A DNA stretch of 64,000 nt from an uncultured candidate division Zixibacteria bacterium (GTDB lineage Bacteria > Zixibacteria > MSB-5A5 > UBA10806 > 4484-95). The translations under genes were made by a program, and so were the position numbers. The notes under the pieces are model-generated. The model was not told the DNA's origin. It was given only the letters and a program-made list of their open reading frames with translations, and did not search any database. Shown here piece by piece: positions 55,966-64,000 of this stretch. The stretch is from contig CAXXKA010000010.1 in the NCBI GenBank assembly GCA_963668625.2, forward strand, positions 192,001 to 256,000, written 5' to 3'. Each line of letters begins with the position of its first letter. The first letter of the stretch is position 1.

Positions 55966-58389
55966 GTGATGTTTAAAAAAGAATACCAAGTGCCTGGTTC
56001 TCGCGTATTGCTTTTGTTGGCTGTGTTATTCTTTTCCGCCCTCTCTACCTCTGTTGTTTTAGCCCAGGCTGATACGTTAAGAATAGGGACAGTCACCGGC
56101 GATCCTGGTCAGCAAGTTGACCTGAATATCTATCTAGGCAACCAATCTGTGGCTATAGGTGGTTTCCAATTGGTTTTGTCCTATAACACTAATGCGCTAA
56201 GCACGACACGATCCAACATTATAGCATTACCCAGGGCAGCGAGCTTAAGATTTGGCTCCAGTATTGACGCGGATACGATTTACATTGCCGGTTATGATGA
56301 TTCCTTCAGTAATCCCGTACAGCCGGGATTCGGCGATATCGTTCAGATACAATTTACGATTGGTGCGGATGTGCCGGGCGGTGATTATTATGTAAGATTC
56401 GTACCGCGCTCAGTAAATCCTGCCTATAACACTCTTTCCGATCGATTCGGGAATGCTCGCTTTCCGGTGTTAATCGATGGTTATGTCAGGGTGACCGGAC
56501 CGGGCAATAATCCGCCTGTGTATACTCCCGCCCTTGTTTCGCCGCGTCAGGTTCAGGTCGGCTCGACTTTACAGTTCAGTGTCACCGCAACGGATTCCGA
56601 TGGTGATGAGGTTATGTTAAGCGCAACCGGCTTACCGGATAACTCGACATTCGCCGGAAACAGTGGTCAGGGAGAGGTCTCGAGTACTTTTTACTTTACG
56701 CCAGCGAGCTCTCAGAACAATAATTCATATGATGTCGTGTTCACGGCCTCGGATGGTTATGCCGAAACCCGGGGAACGGTCACTATCGATGTCGGCACTG
56801 TTCAAACTGATCCCCCGCCGATTATCAACGATCCGGGCTCCCAGAATGTCGCCGAAGGTGGCCATTTGGAATTCACTGTCAGCGCTTACGATCCGGAGAA
56901 CCAATACGTTACTTTAACCGCTACCGGAGTACCAACTAATGCCTCATTCGAGGGCACAAGTGGTTCCGGTACTATCTCATCTGTTTTCTCGTTCGATCCT
57001 GATTACAATCAAAACGGAGTGTACAATGTTGTTTTCCGGGCGGAGGACACCGCCGGTAGCTTCGCTACACGTACGGTTACGATAAATGTCGTTGATGCTA
57101 TCAACGACTTATTGAGCGTTGCCGCTCTACAAGGCGCGCTGCCCGGTTCGCTCGACCGGAGTTTGATCGTGAATATGCAAAATCCGAATCCTATTTACGC
57201 GATTCAATTCGACGTGCTTTACGATCCTCTGGTTATAGATATCAAAGACGCCAAACCGGATTCATCCCGAGCGTTTAATTATAATTTATTCCAGAACTCG
57301 CTCGAGGATGGCAGGTACAGGGTAGGTATTTTACCGCTCGACCTGGACACTATTCCTGCCGGTAATGGCCCGATCGTCGAATTCGTGGTTGATGTCGATG
57401 GTGCGGCGCTACCCGGTCCATCCGTAATTTCTTTCGATTCTACCTCCACGGTTCAGGATACCGCCGGTACCTCGGTCGAGATGATATTCGACGAGGGATC
57501 TTTCACGATTGATATTCTGGGCGACGCTAACCTTGACGGCGTGTTGTCGTTGGGTGATTGTGTCGCCGTACTGGCTTATAATATAGGCCGCCTGGAGATG
57601 AGTGTGCGTACCCGTGATGCGGGCGATTACAACCGTGACGGTGATGTCAGGGTTTCAGATCTGCAGGGTATTCTCTGGGATGTGTTTAATTGGGATTCAC
57701 CGGCGCCACCGCTGGTTAGCGATGCCGGCAGTGTCGAACTGAGGCGTGATTATATTTATGCCGGCTATAGCGGCGAGATACCGTTATGGCTCGATTTGAG
57801 TACCGAGGCGGGCGCTGTCCAGTTCACCATCGAGTATGACCCCGAAGAGGTTATTATTAACGATATTACTCCTGGTGAGATGATTTCGAATTTGAATCTG
57901 GAATATAACGACATGACCGGTGAGATTCGCGGTGTAATTTACACTTATAGTTTTACCGAATTCGGACCCGCTATGGGCGAGCTCGTAAATCTCGATATCG
58001 ATATTATCGGAGACAATATCGACCCGGCCAGTGTAGTCAGGCTGACCGATTTCGAGATTGTCACCGTTGATGCTTACAGGTTAAATGTTGATGTGATTGG
58101 GGAATTACCGATTGCTTACGAGCTTTACCAGAACTACCCTAATCCTTTCAACGCCAAAACGACGATATCCTTTGACTTACCATATAACTCTGTGGTTCAG
58201 GTAGTGGTCTACAACGTACTTGGACAAGAAATTAAGGAAATTCAATCCGGCTATTTGAATGCCGGGCATCATCAGATGATCTGGGATGGGACTGGATCTG
58301 ATGGTGAGGAAGTAACCTCTGGTGTATACTTCTACCGCGTTAGCGCGGATGATTTTAATAAAACGAAAAAGATGTTGCTTGTGAAGTAA
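55966..58389 (+). CDS. scaffoldin-like protein: cohesin, 2 Ig-like, cohesin, dockerin, cohesin, sorting domain
   Basis: IGGFQLVLSY, YAIQFDVLYDP and GAVQFTIEYDP cohesins; ATDSDGD Ig repeats; GDANLDG/GDYNRDG dockerin; QNYPNPFN. Confidence 0.85.
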   Translation: MMFKKEYQVPGSRVLLLLAVLFFSALSTSVVLAQADTLRIGTVTGDPGQQVDLNIYLGNQSVAIGGFQLVLSYNTNALSTTRSNIIALPRAASLRFGSSIDADTIYIAGYDDSFSNPVQPGFGDIVQIQFTIGADVPGGDYYVRFVPRSVNPAYNTLSDRFGNARFPVLIDGYVRVTGPGNNPPVYTPALVSPRQVQVGSTLQFSVTATDSDGDEVMLSATGLPDNSTFAGNSGQGEVSSTFYFTPASSQNNNSYDVVFTASDGYAETRGTVTIDVGTVQTDPPPIINDPGSQNVAEGGHLEFTVSAYDPENQYVTLTATGVPTNASFEGTSGSGTISSVFSFDPDYNQNGVYNVVFRAEDTAGSFATRTVTINVVDAINDLLSVAALQGALPGSLDRSLIVNMQNPNPIYAIQFDVLYDPLVIDIKDAKPDSSRAFNYNLFQNSLEDGRYRVGILPLDLDTIPAGNGPIVEFVVDVDGAALPGPSVISFDSTSTVQDTAGTSVEMIFDEGSFTIDILGDANLDGVLSLGDCVAVLAYNIGRLEMSVRTRDAGDYNRDGDVRVSDLQGILWDVFNWDSPAPPLVSDAGSVELRRDYIYAGYSGEIPLWLDLSTEAGAVQFTIEYDPEEVIINDITPGEMISNLNLEYNDMTGEIRGVIYTYSFTEFGPAMGELVNLDIDIIGDNIDPASVVRLTDFEIVTVDAYRLNVDVIGELPIAYELYQNYPNPFNAKTTISFDLPYNSVVQVVVYNVLGQEIKEIQSGYLNAGHHQMIWDGTGSDGEEVTSGVYFYRVSADDFNKTKKMLLVK

Positions 58390-58468
58390 CTTTTGCTTCA
58401 CTCCAAAGCCTTTTTTCCGTTCCGTTGTGGGAGTTTCTTAAGAGTTTGGGATTAAAAGAGAGGCTAAG

Positions 58469-61400
58469 ATGAAGATAAAGGCTTTATTGTGGGCGATATT
58501 GTTTATGAGCGTTACGGGTGGGTTGGCCTATGCTCAAAATGCCCCGGTAATTGACCCAATTAGTCCCCAATTTGTTGATGAGGGCGAACACCTGGAATTC
58601 GTAATCACTGCTTCCGATACGGATGGCGATTCTCTGGAATATACTTTATTGAATTTACCAACGAACGCCTCGTTTGTCGATAGCGGTAATGGCCATGGAT
58701 TGTTTACTTTCGACCCTGATTATTCGCAATCCGGTAACTTACAGATTAGCGTAATAGCGCAGGATAGTTCTATGGCCGACACTGAACTGGTTGATATCAC
58801 TGTTAACGATGTCAACCGCGCGCCGGAGTTCGATCCGGTAACCGCGCAATCGGTTGATGAGGGAGCGCATCTCGAATTCGCGTTAATCTCTTCCGATCTC
58901 GATGGTGATGGTTTGACACTCACCGCCGAGGATTTACCTGCCAACGCCACATTTGTCGATAGCGGCAACGGTCATGGTTTGTTCGAGTTCGATCCCGATT
59001 ACACGCAATCGGGGGAGGAGCAGGTACGGTTTATCGCTAGCGACGGTACGCTTGCCGATACTATTACGGTAGATATCACTATTAATGATTATAACAGCGC
59101 GCCAACACTGACGGCTATCAGTGGTCAGTCGGTGGACGAGGGTTCGCATCTGGGGTTCCTTGTAGAGGCTACCGATCCTGAGAGTGATATACTGACATTG
59201 ACAGCGGAAAACTTACCGACCAATGCCACGTTCACCGATAGCGGCAATGGAACCGGTTTGTTCGAGTTCGATCCCAGCTACATTCAAAACGGTACATATA
59301 ATGTAAGGTTTATTGCAGACGATGGTTTCTATGCAGATACCCAGATGGTTTCGATAACGGTAAACAGGGTGAATGTCTCGCCCGTGATTACCGCGATACC
59401 CGTCCAGGCGGTAGATGAGGGACAGCATCTCGAGTTTGCTATTTCTGCAACGGATATTAATGATGACGTGATTGACCTGCTGGCTGAAAATATGATAGCC
59501 AACTCATCATTTACCGATAACGGTAACGGTCAGGGTACGTTTACTTTCGATCCCGATTATTCCCAAAGCGGTATATATAATGTGAGGTTTGTCGCCGAGG
59601 ATGGCGAGTTGGCTGATACTCAAGTAGTAGAAATTACAGTCAACCATATCAATCTCGCCCCTGTAATAGATACAATAACGGCGCAATCCGTGGATGAGAA
59701 CACCCATTTCGAGTACCTGTTGACCTCCTCAGATTTCGACAGTGACGCGCTGACTTTCACCGTGGGATCCAGCCCTCTGAATAGCTCGTTTACCGACTAC
59801 TCGGATGGCACGGGCTTATTCGAGTTCGATCCGACTTATCTTCAGAGCGGCGTATATAATGTAAGCTTTATTGTCGCTGACGGAGCCTTAAGCGATACTA
59901 TGACTATGTCGGTGACTGTTAATGATGTTAACGCCCCGCCTGTTCTCGGTCCTATCGGCTCGCAGGTAGTGGATGAGAAACAATCACTGGGCTTGCTGAT
60001 CACCGCCTCGGATGTTGATGGGCAATCCATAAATATGACTGCCGAACAATTGCCTGAAAACGCCTCGTTCATCGATAGCGGCAACGGTAACGGCTGGTTC
60101 GTGTTCGATCCTGATTCGACCCAGAGCGGCGAGTACGCCGTCAGGTTCATTGCAAGTGACGGTGCGGCTGCGGATACCCAACTGGTCGATATAACGGTCA
60201 ACCAGGTTAACGTTGCCCCGAGTATTGACCCGATCAGCTTGCTGGCTGTTGATGAGGGTGACCATCTGGGGTACGTGATTACCGCCACCGATTTCGACAA
60301 CGATGCGATCACTTTATCGATGTATAACGATCCGCTTAACTCGGCCTTTGTCGACAGCGGTAACGGTCATGGCCTGTTCACTTTCGATCCCGACTTTTCA
60401 CAGGAGGGATCGTACACTGTCAGGTTTATTGTCAGCGATGGCGTATTGGCTGATACATCGACGATGGGAATTTCGGTCAATCATTTTAATACCGCCCCGG
60501 TGATAATTCCCATAGGCTCACAAGAGGTGGCCGAAAATCAAACATTGGATATTCATGTTTTAACTACGGATAATGAAAACGATAACAGGACGATTACGCT
60601 GAGAAACGCTCCGGCCAACTCCTCGCTGGCCGATTCGGGTAACGGCAACGCCTTGTTTACGTTTACTCCGGGCTACGATCAGACAGGAAATTATAATGTC
60701 ACTTTCATAGTTAATGACGGTGAGTATGCCGATTCGGAAATCGTAGCTATCGAGGTAACCAATACCAACCGCGCGCCCGAGCTTAACGCTGTTGGTTCTC
60801 ATTTCGTGGATGAGAGCTCACACCTGGAGTTCGTGGTCACTGCCACCGAACCTGATTTACAATCGATTACTTTAACCGCCCAGAATTTGCCGTTGAACGC
60901 ATCATTTACCGACAGCGGTAATGGCAATGGTCTGTTTTCATTCGACCCGAATTACGTTCAGGCGGGAACATATACGGTAAGGTTTATCGCCAGTGATGGC
61001 GAGCTAGCGGATACATCTTTCGGTGATATCGTCGTTAATAACATAAACCGTCTACCGGTACTTGCATCAATAGGCAGCCAGGCACTGAATGAGGGTGAGC
61101 ATCTGGTTATTTCTCTTACCTCAAGTGATGAGGATACCGATGATGATCCGGTATTGAGCGCCGAAAACGTTCCCTCGATGAATGCGACATTCACCGATTC
61201 CGGTAACGGTAACGGTTCATTCATATTCGATCCCGATTATACGCAGAGCGGAGTTTATAACGTTCTGTTTATAATCAATGACGGTATAGCCGCCGATTCG
61301 GAGATGGTTACGATAACGGTGAACGAGTACAATCTCGCTCCGGAACTTGCAGCGATTGGCACGCCGCAAAATGTCTCTGAAAACCAGACTTTGCTGTTTA

Positions 61401-64000
61401 ACATCTCCGCCACCGATCCCGACGGCGTTATTCCGACGCTGGCTGCTTACGATCTTCCCTCCAACGCGACGTTCGTCGATAGCGGCAATGGTGTCGGTAC
61501 GTTCACGTTCAGCCCCGATTATTTCCAGGCCGGAAGCTATGATATCATATTTGCGGCCTCCGATGGCAATCTGGCCGACAGCCAGGTGGTTGAGGTTATC
61601 GTCGATAATCTCAATCGTGCGCCCGAGCTTACTCCGATAACAGCTCAGTCTGTCGATGAGGGTGGATATCTGGGATTCAATATCAGCGCCTCTGATCCTG
61701 ATCTGGAGACTTTGACGATCACCGCGCAAAATATCATGCCGAATGCCAGTTTTACCGATTCGGGCAATGGTGCTGGTTTCTTCGAGTTTAATCCAAATTA
61801 TACTCAAGCAGGTAATTATATAGTACGGTTCATTGTCAGTGATAGTGAGTTTGCTGATACTATTTATGTTGATGTTACCGTAAATGCGATAAACGCTCCA
61901 CCTGTTCTCGCCGCTATTCCAACTCCACAGGTAGTCGGTGAGGAGGATAATCTCGAGATAATAATTACGGCGATAGATCCCGACGGTACAACCCCTACTT
62001 TGGCCGCCGAGAATCTTCCCACTAACGCCGCGTTCTCGGATAACGGAGACGGCTCCGGTGGATTTACATTCGATCCGGTTTATGGACAGGCCGGCGGATA
62101 CGATATTTTATTCATAGCCGGCGATGGCGAATACGCCGACAGTCAAATAGTCCATCTCGATGTGGTCGTGACCAACAGCCCTCCGATACTCGATCCTATC
62201 AGCGCTCAGGCTACCGCCGAGGGTGATATTCTTCAGATAATAATAACCGCCTCCGATCCCGATTTGACCTCGCCGTTTATCTCGGCATTCGATCTTCCCG
62301 AAAACGCCGCCATGTACGATAGCGGCAACGGTCACGCAATGTTAGAATTCATACCCGATTTCGACCAGGAAGGCGTCTATAATATAATGATAATCGCCTC
62401 GGATGGTTCTTTCTCCGATACCGGCTATGCCGAGATTACGGTTTCGAATACCAACGTTAGCCCGGTCTGGCAGGTTATCGATGACCAGGATGTTGACGAG
62501 GGCGATTCGTTATACCTTCATGTAATCTCCTCCGACTACGATAACCAGGCTCTCACCCTGACAGCTCAGTCCTTGCCTCTGAATTCGGTATTTTCCGATA
62601 GCGGCAACGGCCACGGCCTGTTCCGGTTCGGCCCGGATTTCACTCAGAGCGGAATTTATAATCTTAATTTTATAGTAAGTGATGGCGAGGCCGCCGATAC
62701 GGAAGCTGTCGAGATTACGGTAAATCAAATTAATATGAAACCGGCCATGACCGCGATAGGCTCGCAATCAGTGGATGAAGCCGGACATTTGGAATTTACC
62801 ATAAACACGATCGATTTCGACGGCGACTCTCTGATACTTTCGGCCGAAGATGTGCCGATTAACGCCACGTTCACGGATTTGTATAACAACCGAGGCGACT
62901 TTACGTTCGATCCCGACTATACTCAATCGGGTGTTTTCGATGTTCTGTTCATTGTCAGTGATGGTGATATGGCGGATAGCGAACTGGTGGCGATTACGGT
63001 CAACGATATCAATCTGCCACCGCAAATAGACGACGTGATCACCCAATCAGTAGATGAGGGCGAGCATCTCGAGTTCGTGGTGACATCCTCTGATTTTGAT
63101 CCTGATTTGCTGACTCTTATCGCTGAGAATATGCCGACTAACGCCGCATTCTATGATTCGGGTAACGGGCATGGTCTGTTTATTTTCGATCCTGATTATT
63201 CTCAGGCCAATAGCTACCAGGTAAGGTTTATCGTCGATGACGGCGATGATGCCGATACCACCCAGGTAGATATCACGGTAAACGATATTAATGTAGCTCC
63301 CGAATTAGCCGGTTTGAGCGATCAAACGGTTAATGAGGGTGAGACCCTCGAGTTAAACGTAACCTCGATCGATTACGATCTGGATACGATTATCCTGACC
63401 GCTTTCGATTTGCCTGCCAATGCCTCGTTCTACGATTCGACTAACGGTACGGGGCTGTTGACTTTCACTCCCGACTATACCCAGGGCGGAGATTATACTA
63501 TAGGCTTTATCGCCGCTGACGGCGCGCTGGCCGATACCGAATATGTTACTATCAACGTAGAGCAGATTAATATCGCTCCGGAGTTGGCCGCGATCGGCGC
63601 TCAGAATGTCGATGAGGGCGGCTATCTGGAGGTTCCTGTCTCGGGTACCGATTTCGATAATGACGCCTTGACACTGATCGCCCAGAATCTGCCCACCAAC
63701 GCCTCGTTCTTCGATTCGGGCAACGGCAGCGGTTCGTTCGTATTCAATCCAAGCTATACACAGGCCGGTAATTACCAGGTACGTTTCATTGTCGATGATG
63801 GCGTGCTGGCCGATACCGAGCTTGTTGTGATCACCGTTGTCGAGACTAACCGCGCGCCATCGATTACGCCTCTCAGCTCTCGTTCACTGGCTGAGGGTGG
63901 CTCGACCAGTTTCGTGGTATTCGCCACCGATCCCGATGGCGTGATTCCGGCGCTCGAAGCTTTCGACATACCGACTAACTCGACTTTCGAGGATTTCGGT
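58469..64000 (+). CDS. giant secreted tandem Ig/cadherin-like repeat protein (partial, runs off the window)
   Basis: ATG 58469 with signal peptide MKIKALLWAILF...AYAQ. The frame is still open at 64000 (1844 codons). 19 full and 1 partial ~93-aa repeats (N.AP...VDEG..LEF...D.DGD...NASF.DSGNG.G.F.FDPDY.QSG.Y.V.F..SDG). Confidence 0.9.
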   Translation, partial: MKIKALLWAILFMSVTGGLAYAQNAPVIDPISPQFVDEGEHLEFVITASDTDGDSLEYTLLNLPTNASFVDSGNGHGLFTFDPDYSQSGNLQISVIAQDSSMADTELVDITVNDVNRAPEFDPVTAQSVDEGAHLEFALISSDLDGDGLTLTAEDLPANATFVDSGNGHGLFEFDPDYTQSGEEQVRFIASDGTLADTITVDITINDYNSAPTLTAISGQSVDEGSHLGFLVEATDPESDILTLTAENLPTNATFTDSGNGTGLFEFDPSYIQNGTYNVRFIADDGFYADTQMVSITVNRVNVSPVITAIPVQAVDEGQHLEFAISATDINDDVIDLLAENMIANSSFTDNGNGQGTFTFDPDYSQSGIYNVRFVAEDGELADTQVVEITVNHINLAPVIDTITAQSVDENTHFEYLLTSSDFDSDALTFTVGSSPLNSSFTDYSDGTGLFEFDPTYLQSGVYNVSFIVADGALSDTMTMSVTVNDVNAPPVLGPIGSQVVDEKQSLGLLITASDVDGQSINMTAEQLPENASFIDSGNGNGWFVFDPDSTQSGEYAVRFIASDGAAADTQLVDITVNQVNVAPSIDPISLLAVDEGDHLGYVITATDFDNDAITLSMYNDPLNSAFVDSGNGHGLFTFDPDFSQEGSYTVRFIVSDGVLADTSTMGISVNHFNTAPVIIPIGSQEVAENQTLDIHVLTTDNENDNRTITLRNAPANSSLADSGNGNALFTFTPGYDQTGNYNVTFIVNDGEYADSEIVAIEVTNTNRAPELNAVGSHFVDESSHLEFVVTATEPDLQSITLTAQNLPLNASFTDSGNGNGLFSFDPNYVQAGTYTVRFIASDGELADTSFGDIVVNNINRLPVLASIGSQALNEGEHLVISLTSSDEDTDDDPVLSAENVPSMNATFTDSGNGNGSFIFDPDYTQSGVYNVLFIINDGIAADSEMVTITVNEYNLAPELAAIGTPQNVSENQTLLFNISATDPDGVIPTLAAYDLPSNATFVDSGNGVGTFTFSPDYFQAGSYDIIFAASDGNLADSQVVEVIVDNLNRAPELTPITAQSVDEGGYLGFNISASDPDLETLTITAQNIMPNASFTDSGNGAGFFEFNPNYTQAGNYIVRFIVSDSEFADTIYVDVTVNAINAPPVLAAIPTPQVVGEEDNLEIIITAIDPDGTTPTLAAENLPTNAAFSDNGDGSGGFTFDPVYGQAGGYDILFIAGDGEYADSQIVHLDVVVTNSPPILDPISAQATAEGDILQIIITASDPDLTSPFISAFDLPENAAMYDSGNGHAMLEFIPDFDQEGVYNIMIIASDGSFSDTGYAEITVSNTNVSPVWQVIDDQDVDEGDSLYLHVISSDYDNQALTLTAQSLPLNSVFSDSGNGHGLFRFGPDFTQSGIYNLNFIVSDGEAADTEAVEITVNQINMKPAMTAIGSQSVDEAGHLEFTINTIDFDGDSLILSAEDVPINATFTDLYNNRGDFTFDPDYTQSGVFDVLFIVSDGDMADSELVAITVNDINLPPQIDDVITQSVDEGEHLEFVVTSSDFDPDLLTLIAENMPTNAAFYDSGNGHGLFIFDPDYSQANSYQVRFIVDDGDDADTTQVDITVNDINVAPELAGLSDQTVNEGETLELNVTSIDYDLDTIILTAFDLPANASFYDSTNGTGLLTFTPDYTQGGDYTIGFIAADGALADTEYVTINVEQINIAPELAAIGAQNVDEGGYLEVPVSGTDFDNDALTLIAQNLPTNASFFDSGNGSGSFVFNPSYTQAGNYQVRFIVDDGVLADTELVVITVVETNRAPSITPLSSRSLAEGGSTSFVVFATDPDGVIPALEAFDIPTNSTFEDFG

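Noticed and set aside
58720-63969. Many 60-156 aa minus-strand ORFs in the track
   Set aside because: They are antisense shadows of the giant plus-strand gene.
58538-64000. CRISPR array or DNA tandem repeat
   Set aside because: The 279-nt periodicity is protein-level with degenerate codons; there are no identical repeats with spacers.

Overview
A 64 kb bacterial window. Many secreted proteins ending in PNPFN-type (T9SS type-A/FlgD-like) sorting domains, together with cohesin/dockerin modules, suggest a Zixibacteria-like FCB-superphylum organism (inference). Housekeeping genes are gcvT, comB, ychF, purH, purC, purN, gatA, gatB, a GlpX-like FBPase and a ClC-CBS channel. Accessory content includes: (1) an AT-rich ParA + two-gene island whose two accessory genes are each broken by a 1-nt frameshift; (2) a 4.4 kb cassette flanked by a 160 bp direct repeat, carrying an IS110 inserted exactly into a Shine-Dalgarno sequence, with candidate bridge-RNA guides readable in its non-coding end; (3) a His-rich RSPP-ending upstream ORF in front of a Cys-motif porin; (4) a GAF-PAS histidine kinase plus Ser/Thr kinase-TPR operon converging on an unannotated 25-aa 'LEERVAP' peptide gene; and (5) a >13 kb cohesin-dockerin surface-protein cluster. 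The cluster ends in a giant Ig/cadherin-like repeat protein (>=1844 aa, 93-aa period) that is missing from the ORF track. I saw no rRNA, tRNA or CRISPR array. All family assignments come from motif recognition, not database searches.
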